A DNA stretch of 50,597 nt from sequence record OQ223306; one strand, 5' to 3'. This DNA comes from Shigella phage S2_02. This document shows positions 15,855-25,847 of the stretch, one piece after another (the stretch's first letter is position 1; the number at the start of each line of letters is the position of its first letter). The translations under genes and the position numbers were made by a program. The notes below the pieces were generated by a model that worked only from the letters and a program-made list of their open reading frames with translations, did no database searches and was not told the origin of the DNA.

Positions 15855-16814
15855 ATGACTACTAAAAAATTTGATGAAGCAGATAAAAGCAATGTTGAAA
15901 TGTATCTGATCCAGGCTGGCGTAAAACAGGATGCAGCCGCAACAATGGGTATCTGGACCGCTCAGGAACTACACCGCATCAAAAGCCAATCTTACGAAGA
16001 AGACTATCCGGTAGGGTCAGCACTACGAGTATTCCCGGTTACAACCGAACTCTCTCCTACCGACAAGACGTTTGAGTACATGACCTTTGATAAGGTTGGT
16101 ACTGCTCAGATTATCGCTGACTATACCGATGACCTGCCTCTGGTTGATGCACTTGGTACTTCTGAATTTGGTAAGGTGTTCCGTTTGGGTAACGCGTATC
16201 TGATCTCAATTGATGAAATCAAAGCAGGTCAGGCAACTGGTCGCCCACTGTCAACTCGCAAGGCAAGCGCTTGTCAGTTAGCACACGACCAACTGGTTAA
16301 CCGCCTGGTGTTCAAAGGTTCTGCTCCGCACAAGATCGTGTCTGTGTTCAATCATCCGAACATCACCAAAATCACCTCGGGTAAGTGGATGAATGCAGCA
16401 ACTCCGAAGCCGGAAACTGCTGAAGCGGAATTGACTCAGGCGATCGAAACCATCGAGACGATTACACGCGGCCAGCATCGTGCAACCAACATCCTGATCC
16501 CTCCGTCCATGCGTAAGGTTCTGGCGATCCGTATGCCTGAAACTACCATGTCTTACCTGGACTATTTCAAGTCTCAGAATGCGGGTATCGAAATCGACTC
16601 CATCGCAGAGCTTGAAGATATCGACGGTGCGGGTACTAAAGGCGTGCTGGTGTACGAAAAAAATCCGATGAACATGTCCATCGAGATCCCGGAAGCATTT
16701 AACATGCTGCCAGCGCAGCCGAAAGACTTGCACTTCAAAGTGCCTTGCACCTCTAAGTGTACTGGTCTTACAATTTATCGCCCGATGACTATTGTCTTAA
16801 TTACTGGCGTGTAA
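15855..16814 (+). CDS. major capsid protein (319 aa)
   Basis: ORF track; size, position in head module, own promoter and terminator; not verified by homology. Confidence 0.65.
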   Translation: MTTKKFDEADKSNVEMYLIQAGVKQDAAATMGIWTAQELHRIKSQSYEEDYPVGSALRVFPVTTELSPTDKTFEYMTFDKVGTAQIIADYTDDLPLVDALGTSEFGKVFRLGNAYLISIDEIKAGQATGRPLSTRKASACQLAHDQLVNRLVFKGSAPHKIVSVFNHPNITKITSGKWMNAATPKPETAEAELTQAIETIETITRGQHRATNILIPPSMRKVLAIRMPETTMSYLDYFKSQNAGIEIDSIAELEDIDGAGTKGVLVYEKNPMNMSIEIPEAFNMLPAQPKDLHFKVPCTSKCTGLTIYRPMTIVLITGV

Positions 16815-16821
16815 TATTATA

Positions 16822-16848
16822 GGGGCTAACTTAGTTAGTCCCTTTTTT
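16822..16848 (+). terminator. Rho-independent terminator after major capsid gene
   Basis: GGGGCTAA/TTAGTCCC stem (one G-T) followed by T6. Confidence 0.6.
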
Positions 16849-16863
16849 ATTGGAGAAATCAAA

Positions 16864-17151
16864 ATGGCTAAAGAAAAAACTGTTGTTATCGTAAACGTTG
16901 GTGTAGCTCTTCAGATGTTCCGTCTTGAAGATGGCTCCTTTGCTAAAGTTCTTCCAGATGAAGAGGTCACGCTTCCGGCGTCCGTTCTTGATTTACCTGG
17001 CCTGCGTTGCTTAATTGCTCGCGAAGAAATCGAAGTTAAAGACGACAGTGCAACCAACCGCGAAATCCGCGATGAAATGGCAAAGATCACGAAACCAGAT
17101 CCGTGGGATAGCAAAAGCGTTAAAGAGCTTGAGGACGGCGGCGAATATTAA
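16864..17151 (+). CDS. hypothetical head-associated protein (95 aa)
   Basis: ORF track; SD GGAGAAA in recurrent TTTTTTATTGGAGAAATCA context. Confidence 0.5.
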   Translation: MAKEKTVVIVNVGVALQMFRLEDGSFAKVLPDEEVTLPASVLDLPGLRCLIAREEIEVKDDSATNREIRDEMAKITKPDPWDSKSVKELEDGGEY

Positions 17152-17156
17152 TCATC

Positions 17157-17183
17157 AAGGCGCTCACGTAGCGCCTTTTTTTA
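17157..17183 (+). terminator. Rho-independent terminator
   Basis: AAGGCGC-tcacgta-GCGCCTT followed by T7. Confidence 0.6.
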
Positions 17184-17195
17184 TGGGGGTAAATT

Positions 17196-17606
17196 ATGAA
17201 TCAAGAAACTTTAATTGCAGTTATCGAGCAAATGAGAAAGCTGGTTCCGGCACTTCGCAAGGTTCCAGACGAAACGCTTTATTCTTGGGTAGAAATGGCT
17301 GAGCTATTTGTATGCCAGAAGACCTTTAAAGATGCATACATCAAGGCGCTTGCTCTTTATGCATTACACCTTGCTTTCCTTGATGGGGCGCTAAAAGGTG
17401 AAGATGAGGATCTTGAATCTTACTCACGACGCGTTACGTCATTCTCCCTGAGCGGTGAATTTAGCCAGACTTTCGGAGAGGTGACGAAGAACCAGTCAGG
17501 AAACATGATGCTTTCGACGCCGTGGGGTAAGATGTTCGAACAGCTTAAAGCGAGACGCCGTGGTCGATTCGCATTAATGACAGGACTCCGTGGAGGATGC
17601 CACTAA
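17196..17606 (+). CDS. putative head-tail connector / head completion protein (136 aa)
   Basis: ORF track; synteny between capsid and tail genes. Confidence 0.4.
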   Translation: MNQETLIAVIEQMRKLVPALRKVPDETLYSWVEMAELFVCQKTFKDAYIKALALYALHLAFLDGALKGEDEDLESYSRRVTSFSLSGEFSQTFGEVTKNQSGNMMLSTPWGKMFEQLKARRRGRFALMTGLRGGCH

Positions 17607-17977
17607 TGAACTACTCACAGATTGAAAGGATGGCTCGCAAAGGCGTGGCTTTCTTCACCGATCCGTCAAGACCTATGAACCTGATAAAACAAGGTGAATA
17701 CGGATATGATGAAAACGGATTCGAGATCCCACCAATGGAAAAGGTTATTCCAATATCCGGCGCGACGCGAAGACCGAACGCGCGTGAGGTTGACGGTGAA
17801 ACTATCCGCGCCTCAGATATTTTGGGGATCTTCAATAATGATCATGAAATAAACGAAGGTGACTATATAGAGATTGATGGCATTCGTCATGTTGTCGTTG
17901 ATGCTCGCCCGGTTCAGGCGTCACTGGAACCAATCGCCTATCGTCCAGTATTGCGGAGGGTATCAGTCGGTGGCTAA
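17597..17977 (+). CDS. putative head-tail joining protein (126 aa)
   Basis: ORF track; synteny. Confidence 0.4.
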   Translation: MPLMNYSQIERMARKGVAFFTDPSRPMNLIKQGEYGYDENGFEIPPMEKVIPISGATRRPNAREVDGETIRASDILGIFNNDHEINEGDYIEIDGIRHVVVDARPVQASLEPIAYRPVLRRVSVGG

Positions 17978-18413
17978 TTATCAAATTCGTAGATTTCAAG
18001 GTGAGATTGATGCGTGGATTAAGGCCGCAGAAAGCACGTTAGAACATGCTATTGAGATATTCGTAAGGGATGTTCACAACGCTCTTGTTAGTCGCTCTCC
18101 GGTCGATACAGGTCGTTTCAAGGGCAACTGGCAGATAACCTTTAACGAGATACCTAACCACGCATTAAACCGATACGATAAAACTGGCGGTGTCGTCAGA
18201 GGTGAGGAGCAAGCCAAAACTTATGGCATGTTCAGCCGTGGCGGCGCGATAACATCAGTTCACTTTTCAAACATGTTGATTTATGCAAACGCTCTTGAGT
18301 ACGGTCATTCACAGCAAGCACCGAGCGGCGTTGTCGGTCTTGTGGCATTAAGGCTGAGATCATATATGGCTGACGCAATCAAGCAGGCAAGGAGACAGCA
18401 AAATGCACTATGA
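17970..18413 (+). CDS. putative neck / tail-completion protein (147 aa)
   Basis: ORF-track frame 17874..18413; GTG 17970 preferred (SD GGAGGG 9 nt upstream, 8-nt overlap with upstream gene). Confidence 0.4.
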   Translation: MANYQIRRFQGEIDAWIKAAESTLEHAIEIFVRDVHNALVSRSPVDTGRFKGNWQITFNEIPNHALNRYDKTGGVVRGEEQAKTYGMFSRGGAITSVHFSNMLIYANALEYGHSQQAPSGVVGLVALRLRSYMADAIKQARRQQNAL

Positions 18414-18801
18414 GTTATCAGCGGCGGCGCGAGCCGCTTTTCTATCAAAGTACAGGGACTTTCCTCACTACATGGAAAACAGAAATTTCACACCGCCTAA
18501 GGATGGCGGTATGTGGCTGAGGTTCAACTACATTGAAGGGGATACGCTTTATCTATCCATTGACAGAAAGTGTAAATCTTACATCGCAATCGTTCAGATC
18601 GGCGTAGTGTTCCCGCCAGGATCAGGAGTTGATGAAGCAAGATTGAAAGCAAAAGAGATTGCTGATTTTTTCAAAGATGGTAAAATGCTTAACGTTGGTT
18701 ATATTTTCGAGGGTGCAATTGTGCATCAAATTGTTAAACACGAAAGCGGATGGATGATTCCGGTTCGCTTTACAGTACGAGTAGATACAAAGGAGACTTA
18801 A
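18403..18801 (+). CDS. putative tail terminator protein (132 aa)
   Basis: ORF track; synteny immediately before major tail protein. Confidence 0.4.
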   Translation: MHYELSAAARAAFLSKYRDFPHYMENRNFTPPKDGGMWLRFNYIEGDTLYLSIDRKCKSYIAIVQIGVVFPPGSGVDEARLKAKEIADFFKDGKMLNVGYIFEGAIVHQIVKHESGWMIPVRFTVRVDTKET

Positions 18802-18803
18802 TT

Positions 18804-19472
18804 ATGCACTTACCAAATGGCGCACAAATTTTCGTGGAAACCTCTCGCGGAGAAGAGATTGAGGCAACCGCTATTACTAACGCAGCAAATCCTGTTGCTA
18901 CAGTTGCATCTAAGGGGGACTTAGTAAAAGGTGATTACGTTATTGTAACTCAGTCAACCTGGGCAAAGATGGTTAGTCGAGTGCTAATTGTTACTGACGC
19001 TAAGGAAACAAGCATCACTCTTGCTGGGATTGACACCTCTGATACTCTTGTTTTCCCGGCTGGCGGTACGATGAGCTTTGCAAAAATTACTGGCTGGACT
19101 GAGATTCCTTGCGTACAGGAGATTGGTCAGGACGGCGGCGAGCAGCAGTATTATACTTATCAGTGCTTGTCCGACGATAAAGAACAGCAGATCCCAACGT
19201 TTAAATCTGCAGTCTCGCTAACGTACACTTTCGCGCACGAATTTGATAACCCGATCTACCCGATTCTGCGTAAGCTTGATTCGTCTGGTCAGGTGACAGC
19301 GGTTCGAATGTACGTTCCGAAAGCGAGCGAAATGCGTATGTGGGCTGGCATCTTGTCGTTTAACGATATCCCATCCACGCAGGTTAACGAAATGGAAACG
19401 GTGGAACTCGACGTATCCCTGAAAGGTGACTTTACTTTCATTTCCTCCACTCTGGCATCTCCTGGTGCTTAA
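18804..19472 (+). CDS. major tail protein (222 aa)
   Basis: ORF-track frame 18750..19472; ATG 18804 has SD AAGGAGA; position before chaperone and tape measure. Confidence 0.6.
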   Translation: MHLPNGAQIFVETSRGEEIEATAITNAANPVATVASKGDLVKGDYVIVTQSTWAKMVSRVLIVTDAKETSITLAGIDTSDTLVFPAGGTMSFAKITGWTEIPCVQEIGQDGGEQQYYTYQCLSDDKEQQIPTFKSAVSLTYTFAHEFDNPIYPILRKLDSSGQVTAVRMYVPKASEMRMWAGILSFNDIPSTQVNEMETVELDVSLKGDFTFISSTLASPGA

Positions 19473-19484
19473 ATCATATCCATA

Positions 19485-19510
19485 GGGGGCTTGCGCCCCC
19501 TTGTTCATTT
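19485..19510 (+). terminator. Hairpin after major tail gene (weak U tract)
   Basis: GGGGGC-ttgc-GCCCCC followed by TTGTTCATTT. Confidence 0.45.
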
Positions 19511-19565
19511 CTGTAAAATCATCCTATCAACTTTATTCAATTAACTTTTAACAAAAAGTGCTATC
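19491..19565 (+). promoter_or_regulatory. Putative promoter for tail chaperone (TTGCGC-17-TAAAAT) with box copy in 5' UTR
   Basis: -35 TTGCGC 19491-19496 inside hairpin, -10 TAAAAT 19514-19519, reverse-orientation box 19545-19565 just before SD. Confidence 0.4.
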
Positions 19566-19585
19566 AACCAATCAGGAGAAACATC

Positions 19586-19903
19586 ATGGCTAAATTCAAT
19601 TTCGTGTTGGGCCAGCTTCCAGACTTCAAACTTCCGGTGACGTTCACCATGCCAAACGGCGAGGATGCGACTATTATTTTTACAGTACGCCACCTTTCCA
19701 GTAAAGAAGTGCAAGATATGTATGCAAAGCAGGGCGAAATGAATGATAGCGATTTCATCACTAAGATCGCGTCAGGCTGGAATCTGGAAGAAGAATTTAA
19801 CGAAGAGAATGCGCGTAAACTGGTGCAGTATTATCCTTCCGCAGCATACAATCTGACGGCAACTTACATCAAGGCGCTCGCCGGACACCGCGCAAAAAAC
19901 TAA
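19586..19903 (+). CDS. tail assembly chaperone (G-like) (105 aa)
   Basis: ORF track; position before tape measure; ends at TAA directly after slippery heptamer. Confidence 0.7.
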   Translation: MAKFNFVLGQLPDFKLPVTFTMPNGEDATIIFTVRHLSSKEVQDMYAKQGEMNDSDFITKIASGWNLEEEFNEENARKLVQYYPSAAYNLTATYIKALAGHRAKN

Positions 19904-20220
19904 AAAGGGCGGTTTATCTGTTATATCAGAAACCGCCAACAGAAGAGCAATTAAGATCGGTTGGCCTCAGTCTTTCTGACTATGAAGACGAGGAACCGGA
20001 AACGATAATCGGCGATGCTGAAATGGTGAAGGCGTGGAATGTTTTTACGTCAATGCTCACTCAGTGGAGAAGTTCAGGCGCTGGAGCTTATGGTCTTGAC
20101 TATAATGTTTTGCCTATGTTGTTCAAAATCTATAAAATAGAAGATGAAGAACTGGCATTGCAGGACGTTAGGATCATGGAAGCGAAAGCGCTTGAAATGA
20201 TTGCTAAGCAAAACAACTAA
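19586..20220 (+). CDS. tail assembly chaperone frameshift fusion product (G-T-like)
   Basis: -1 shift at 19894-19900 joins 19586 frame to frame of ORF 20023..20220 with no intervening stop. Confidence 0.6.
19894..19900 (+). other. -1 programmed ribosomal frameshift slippery heptamer A_AAA_AAC
   Basis: X_XXY_YYZ heptamer in chaperone frame immediately before its stop; -1 frame is open to 20220. Confidence 0.65.
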
Positions 20221-20242
20221 GCCGCCGTTTGGCGGTTTTTTC
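20221..20242 (+). terminator. Hairpin + T-run between chaperone and tape measure genes
   Basis: CCGCC-gttt-GGCGG followed by T6. Confidence 0.45.
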
Positions 20243-20258
20243 GTATATAGGGGGTTAT

Positions 20259-23225
20259 ATGGTTGATAAGGTAGCAGGTCTATCTCTTGACGTTGACGTG
20301 TCAACAGTTCAGCGCGCGGTCAAGTCACTGAAAGAGTTTTCAAGGGCCAACGACCAGGCCGCTGATTCTATGGGTTCTTTAATCAATGAGGCCGAGGTTG
20401 CAAAACAGAAGGCTAAAGAACACGCAGAGCAACTCAAGCGACAGAGAAAAGAGTACGAAGCGGTAGAGAAAGCAATCGATCCTACAGTTGCAAAAATGGA
20501 GAGGTTAAAAGTTACTTCCCAGCAGCTTGATAAACTCTGGCAGCAAGGCGTTATTCCAGATGACACGTTTTTCCGTTTAGGTGAAATGCTTGAGACGCAG
20601 AATAACGCGCTCATCAAGTCACGCTCTATGTTGACAGTGGAGGGGCGTGCTGCGGCGGAGAATGCCAAGCAGAAAGCCAGGGCCAAAGTTGATGCTGATA
20701 ACTTCATTCGAAGCCTTGAGCGTCAAGCTCAAGCGGCTACGATGACGAAGCAAGAAATGCTTGAGCTTAGGGCGGCTGAGTTGGGCGTATCGGACAAAGC
20801 GTCTCCTTTGATTTCTAAGTTAAATCAGCAAACGGAAGCATTCAAACTCAGCGGAATCTCAGCGGGTCAATACCGAAACGCAATGAAGATGCTACCTGCG
20901 CAGATTACTGATGTTGTAACATCAATGGCGACTGGGATGCCGATATGGATGGTTGCCATCCAGCAGGGCGGACAGATCAGCGATTCATTCGGCGGAATTG
21001 GTAACGCGATGCAGTTAGCGAAGGATGGCGTGATTGATTATATATCATCTATTACAGAGCTTAAATCAGCATTCGCAGATGTAAGAACCTTGGGTCAAGA
21101 TGCGATTGCCAGATTCGGACGTGCGGCAACGATTTTCGGCGGCGGCATTTTCACAGCGGTTGCTGCTATTGGTTATGCGGCTTACTCCTCATACTCTGAG
21201 CTGAGTGAGCTTCAAAGAGCTATCGTTCTGAGCGGTGGATATGCGGTTCAATCAGCGGCTGAAATGGATACATTGACCGATTCGATCACCAAAAACAGCA
21301 AGGGAAGCGGAGGAGCGGTTAAGGATATCGCTGCATCCATGGCTAAGTCTGGCAAGTACACATCCGATCAAATCAAAATCATCACCGCATCCACTGCGGA
21401 TTGGGCGACAGTAACAGGAACAAGCGCAGATAAGATCATTGCGGAGTTCGATAAGATTGCAAAAGATCCGGTTAGCGGACTGGCGGAGTTAAACAAGACA
21501 TATAACTTCCTAGAGAAAGGCCAGTTAACATACATCAACAATCTTAAGAAAACGGAAGGTCAAACTGCGGCGGTTACTGCTGCGACGAAAATTTTCGCCG
21601 ATGTAATGGATGATCGAATTGAAAAGCTTGCGGAATCAGCAAACCCACTAGAGAAAATGTGGTGGAATATCAAGAAATGGTCTAGCGACGCGTGGGATTC
21701 CGTTTCCGACAGGACGCTAGGGGCGCTAAATCTGATCACCGATGTAGTTGCTGGCACGCTTGAGCAGGTCAAGGTTATCCTCAACTATGGCGATCAGTAC
21801 ATTGGGGAGTTCGTCATTTCAGCTACAAAGGCGATGCAAGGGATTCCTGGTATGGGAACTTTCGGTCAATCGGTGATCGACGAGCAGCAGAAAATTGTTG
21901 ACGCAGCCAAAAAACAAAACGATGAGTTGTCAAAATCCATCGCAGAGCGAGACGCTAGGATCAGAAAGGGGGAAATGGGCTACTCGGAAGCGAGCAAGAA
22001 TGAGAAGGTAGGAGACGGTTATTCGTCAAAAACAAAAGACGCTGTAGACAAAGAGGCCGAGGCTCTAAAAAAAGTAAACAAGGAAAAGAAATATTCAGTA
22101 GATCAGGGGAATAAAATCACCGATCAGTACGAAATGGATATTGTCGCCTTGCAGTCTCAGCTAAAAGTACTGCAGGAGCATAAGACCATCAACGACAGCA
22201 TCAGCCATCAGCGCAAAACGCAATGGAACGAGCAAGCGCGGATACTGATTCTGGAGGGTATCGCGGCGGATCAGAAAAGTAGAGCGCTGACGCAGGAAGA
22301 GAAATCAATCCTTTTAAACAAGGCCAAGATTCTAGACCTTGCGGAACAGAAAGCGGTGTTGGGGGATCAGATTGTTAAGCAGCAGCAGTTGAACGATCTT
22401 ACCGATAAATCACTGAAATTTGTTAATGATTTTACGGCAGCTACAGAGCGGCTAAACGCGTCTCGCGGGATGAGCACCCGAGAAATGGAACGGCAAGCTG
22501 AGTTGGCTAAGATCACCACTGATTATATTAATGCAGGTGGCAGCGAAGGAGACGAGAAACTTCAGAACATGATTAAGGCGCAAAATGATTACTACGCTGC
22601 GGAAGATGCCAAGCGAGCTGACTGGTTGGCAGGTGCTGAAAGTGCTTTTGCTGATTACGGTGATGCAGCAATGGATATGTACGGCAATGTTAACGAGATC
22701 GCGTCAAGTGCCCTTAACGGAATGTCAGATATGATGGTTCAATTTCTAACCACAGGAAAAGCGAACTTTGAGGACTTTGCGAAAAATATCATCGGCATGA
22801 TTATAAAGATGATTGCTCAGATGGTAATCTTCAATACGATCTCAGGCATGATGGGCGGTAAGACGTGGAGCTTTGCTGGAGGGGCGTCGTCTGGTGCTTC
22901 TGCGGCATCACAGGCAACCCCTACGCCTGCTGCTTCTGTTTTTAGATCTGTATCTTCCGGCGGGGCCGCTGTATCACTTGCTGCCGCAGCGGGTAGCGTG
23001 GCAACCTCTGGATTCAACGCATCAAACTCGGCGCCAAAGGTGGTAAACCATTCAGGAGGTGGAACAGTCGTTGATGTAAGTGGCATGGAGGTGAGAGTTG
23101 ACAACGGTTCAGATCCGAGGGGGATTTCTCAGGGTGTAGAAATGATGTTCAAAAAAATGATTCGTGAGTCTTGTTCGCAGGGCGGCGAGGTTTATAATTA
23201 CATTCAGGAAAAAACAGGAGGTTAA
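20259..23225 (+). CDS. tail tape measure protein (988 aa)
   Basis: ORF-track frame 20229..23225; ATG 20259; long Ala/Gln/Lys-rich protein with C-terminal Gly/Ala/Ser-rich hydrophobic region, downstream of G/GT. Confidence 0.85.
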   Translation: MVDKVAGLSLDVDVSTVQRAVKSLKEFSRANDQAADSMGSLINEAEVAKQKAKEHAEQLKRQRKEYEAVEKAIDPTVAKMERLKVTSQQLDKLWQQGVIPDDTFFRLGEMLETQNNALIKSRSMLTVEGRAAAENAKQKARAKVDADNFIRSLERQAQAATMTKQEMLELRAAELGVSDKASPLISKLNQQTEAFKLSGISAGQYRNAMKMLPAQITDVVTSMATGMPIWMVAIQQGGQISDSFGGIGNAMQLAKDGVIDYISSITELKSAFADVRTLGQDAIARFGRAATIFGGGIFTAVAAIGYAAYSSYSELSELQRAIVLSGGYAVQSAAEMDTLTDSITKNSKGSGGAVKDIAASMAKSGKYTSDQIKIITASTADWATVTGTSADKIIAEFDKIAKDPVSGLAELNKTYNFLEKGQLTYINNLKKTEGQTAAVTAATKIFADVMDDRIEKLAESANPLEKMWWNIKKWSSDAWDSVSDRTLGALNLITDVVAGTLEQVKVILNYGDQYIGEFVISATKAMQGIPGMGTFGQSVIDEQQKIVDAAKKQNDELSKSIAERDARIRKGEMGYSEASKNEKVGDGYSSKTKDAVDKEAEALKKVNKEKKYSVDQGNKITDQYEMDIVALQSQLKVLQEHKTINDSISHQRKTQWNEQARILILEGIAADQKSRALTQEEKSILLNKAKILDLAEQKAVLGDQIVKQQQLNDLTDKSLKFVNDFTAATERLNASRGMSTREMERQAELAKITTDYINAGGSEGDEKLQNMIKAQNDYYAAEDAKRADWLAGAESAFADYGDAAMDMYGNVNEIASSALNGMSDMMVQFLTTGKANFEDFAKNIIGMIIKMIAQMVIFNTISGMMGGKTWSFAGGASSGASAASQATPTPAASVFRSVSSGGAAVSLAAAAGSVATSGFNASNSAPKVVNHSGGGTVVDVSGMEVRVDNGSDPRGISQGVEMMFKKMIRESCSQGGEVYNYIQEKTGG

Positions 23226-23227
23226 TA

Positions 23228-23581
23228 ATGGCGACACTTGACACTTTCGGTTGGTGTACGCAGGTTCAAGGGGGCGGTGGCTCCCTTACCACTACCAATA
23301 ATGACCGCTCAATCCAGTTTGGTAACGGCTACATGCAGCTTGCATCGTCTGGATTTAACACCACTCGACGAGAGTATTCAGTTGTCTATGCTGGGGAAGA
23401 TTTCATGTCTGTTTACGACTTCTGTGACTCTCACCGCATTAAGCCGTTCGCATGGACGCCGCCGGACGGTAAGGTCGGGATATGGGTAGTAAAGCCTAAC
23501 AGTTTGGGAGCGAAGCCAGTATCACGCGACGTGATGGAGATTAACGTCACGTTTATGGAGCAGTTTACATCTATGGATTAA
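23228..23581 (+). CDS. minor tail protein (lambda M-like) (117 aa)
   Basis: ORF track; size and position after tape measure. Confidence 0.6.
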   Translation: MATLDTFGWCTQVQGGGGSLTTTNNDRSIQFGNGYMQLASSGFNTTRREYSVVYAGEDFMSVYDFCDSHRIKPFAWTPPDGKVGIWVVKPNSLGAKPVSRDVMEINVTFMEQFTSMD

Positions 23582-23596
23582 CGCTACATAACAAAA

Positions 23597-23619
23597 GCCC
23601 GCCTTGCGCGGGTTTTTTT
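23597..23619 (+). terminator. Rho-independent terminator (hairpin CCCGCCTTGCGCGGG + T7), copy 1
   Basis: Same 15-nt hairpin recurs at 25777-25791. Confidence 0.65.
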
Positions 23620-23632
23620 GTAGCTGTAGAAT
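23604..23632 (+). promoter_or_regulatory. Putative promoter TTGCGC-17-TAGAAT overlapping terminator
   Basis: -35-like hexamer lies inside the terminator hairpin; -10 at 23627-23632. Confidence 0.35.
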
Positions 23633-23660
23633 GGTTGCAGGTAAACAAGAGGAAAAATCA

Positions 23661-24443
23661 ATGAGCGAAAACAAAAAACTTTATGATGAAGAAAGCGGAA
23701 GAAGCCTGTTTCACAACTGCCTTCAATCACTGTATCCTGGAGAGATAATCACTCTGATCGAAGTGGATGGCAGCAAGTTCGGCGCTCAGGTGTACCGATT
23801 CCACGGTGAGAATATCCAGTACACTCCAGAAGAAATCATGCAGGCCCAGCAAACTGGAACGCTACCGCCGAAAGAAATTACATTCCGTGGCGAGAAATAC
23901 GGGGCGCGACCGTTCGGTATATCCGGGATCTCGTTTGACAGTTCCGGGAAGGCAACAAAACCACAATTAACGGTGGCAAACATTGATAGTCGCGTATCTG
24001 CGATGATTCGTGCATATAACGGACTAATGCAAGCTAAGGTGACTATCTGGATAACTCAGCGTGATCTTATTAACTCCGATGGCTCAATCGCTGATGGAGC
24101 TTACCGTAAACTGGTATACTATATCGAGCGCCCTAACTATGTTGATAAAAGCGTTGCGCGGTTCGATCTCACATCACCTTACGATATGGACGGCATCATG
24201 ATCCCATCTCGACTCACGCAAAGCGCTTGCTATTGGGCACAGAGGGGATGGTATAAAACCGGAAAAGGGTGCGGATACAACGGGCAAAATGGTTACTTCG
24301 ATAAAGACAATAATCCTGTAGACGATCCATCGCTGGATTTTTGCCCAGGAACGGTAACGGCCTGCCGCCTGAGATTCGGCGCAAACAATGAATTGGATTT
24401 TGGCGGTTGCGCTGTCGCTTCACTACAGAGGAAAAATCAATGA
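23661..24443 (+). CDS. minor tail protein (lambda L-like) (260 aa)
   Basis: ORF-track frame 23604..24443; ATG 23661 has SD GAGGAAAAA; Cys-rich C-terminus. Confidence 0.7.
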   Translation: MSENKKLYDEESGRSLFHNCLQSLYPGEIITLIEVDGSKFGAQVYRFHGENIQYTPEEIMQAQQTGTLPPKEITFRGEKYGARPFGISGISFDSSGKATKPQLTVANIDSRVSAMIRAYNGLMQAKVTIWITQRDLINSDGSIADGAYRKLVYYIERPNYVDKSVARFDLTSPYDMDGIMIPSRLTQSACYWAQRGWYKTGKGCGYNGQNGYFDKDNNPVDDPSLDFCPGTVTACRLRFGANNELDFGGCAVASLQRKNQ

Positions 24444-25174
24444 TTAGTGCAAAAATTAAACTTGAAATTATGACTCACGCTCAGGAAGAATACCCCCGCG
24501 AATGCTGCGGGGTAGTCACCCAAAAGGGCCGCGTGCAAAAATACCATCGCATTGATAATGTGCATCGTGATCCCGAGAATCATTTCATGATGGATGCTGT
24601 ACAATACGCTTGCATTGAGGACGATGCGGAATCAACAACAATAGCAATTGTTCACAGCCACACAGGAGACGGGGCTACAACCCTACCAAGCGCTCACGAT
24701 ACGTGCATGTGCAACGAGATGGAAGTTACCTGGATTATTGTTAGCGTGCCGGAAGGGGATATGCGATTTGTGAAGCCGGAGAAATTGCCTCTGATTGGTC
24801 GTCCGTGGTCATTAGGATCATTCGACTGTTACGGTCTTGTTATGGCGTGGCACAAAGAGCACGGCGTAGAATTGCGCGATCGCCGATTGAATTTTGAATG
24901 GTGGAAACCTGAGTACGGAATTAATCTCTATCAGGATTATTACAAGCAGGATGGCTTCGTTGAGATTCCAGATCAGAATAATCCGTCATTCGGTGATATG
25001 GTAATCATGCAGATAGGGCAAAACGTTCCGGTATGGAACCATGCAGGGATTTACCTGGGAGATAATCAGATCTTGCATCATGCCTTCGGTAAGTTATCGC
25101 GACGTGATATTTATTCAGGCTGGTATCAGGATCACACCGTTTTGATTGTTCGCCATAAGGATCTCAAATTATGA
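24440..25174 (+). CDS. tail assembly protein (lambda K-like; JAMM/MPN + NlpC/P60-like) (244 aa)
   Basis: ORF-track frame 24407..25174; ATGA overlap; HSHTGDG...SAHD metal-binding motif and Cys-containing second domain. Confidence 0.8.
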   Translation: MISAKIKLEIMTHAQEEYPRECCGVVTQKGRVQKYHRIDNVHRDPENHFMMDAVQYACIEDDAESTTIAIVHSHTGDGATTLPSAHDTCMCNEMEVTWIIVSVPEGDMRFVKPEKLPLIGRPWSLGSFDCYGLVMAWHKEHGVELRDRRLNFEWWKPEYGINLYQDYYKQDGFVEIPDQNNPSFGDMVIMQIGQNVPVWNHAGIYLGDNQILHHAFGKLSRRDIYSGWYQDHTVLIVRHKDLKL

Positions 25175-25770
25175 ACGATGTAAAAGTAATCAAATTATCC
25201 GGTTCACTTGGGAGACGCTTCGGCGTCTTTCACCGATTTGCTGTTGACTCTTACCCGGAAGCTATCCGGGCGCTATCCAGTCAGGTGGACGGATTTAAAG
25301 AATACATGCAAAGCGAGGTAGGATCTCGTAGCAAGTTTGCAATATTTGTGGATGGCGTTAACGTGGGCCACCATGAAGAGGAAAAATTCAAGTGCGCGAA
25401 AGAGATAAGAATCGTACCTATCCCTACTGGCTCTAAGACAGGAGGTCTATTCCAGGTTGTATTGGGCGCGGCAATAATGGTTGCAGCATTCTATACTGGC
25501 GGCGCGTCTCTAGCTTTAATGGGAACAATGTCCTCGTCTCTGTTTATGATGGGCGGCGCTATGGTGCTTGGCGGTGTGATGCAGATGATTTCACCTCAGC
25601 CTGGTGGCGCAAACTTTGAAGTTCAATCAAGCAAGAATAAACCTTCGTACGCGTTCGGCGGTGCTGTCAATACGACGGCGGCGGGATACCCTCTCCCGGT
25701 CCCGTATGGATATCGCGCCGGAGGTGGCGCAACTTTCTCAGCAGGTTCTTATGCCGAGGATATGAGTTAA
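25171..25770 (+). CDS. tail assembly protein (lambda I-like) (199 aa)
   Basis: ORF track; hydrophobic Gly/Ala-rich central segment; position between K-like and J-like genes. Confidence 0.7.
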   Translation: MNDVKVIKLSGSLGRRFGVFHRFAVDSYPEAIRALSSQVDGFKEYMQSEVGSRSKFAIFVDGVNVGHHEEEKFKCAKEIRIVPIPTGSKTGGLFQVVLGAAIMVAAFYTGGASLALMGTMSSSLFMMGGAMVLGGVMQMISPQPGGANFEVQSSKNKPSYAFGGAVNTTAAGYPLPVPYGYRAGGGATFSAGSYAEDMS

Positions 25771-25775
25771 AATTA

Positions 25776-25799
25776 ACCCGCCTTGCGCGGGTTTTTTTT
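25776..25799 (+). terminator. Rho-independent terminator (hairpin CCCGCCTTGCGCGGG + T8), copy 2
   Basis: Hairpin sequence identical to 23598-23612. Confidence 0.65.
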
Positions 25800-25839
25800 C
25801 GCCTGTATAATGGGTTCACCGATAAATAGCACAAAAAGG
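25783..25839 (+). promoter_or_regulatory. Putative promoter for J (TTGCGC-17-TATAAT) with box-like AATAGCACAAAAAGG in 5' UTR
   Basis: -35 inside terminator hairpin, TATAAT 25806-25811, box-like sequence 25825-25839 adjoining SD. Confidence 0.4.
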
Positions 25840-25847
25840 TAAACATC

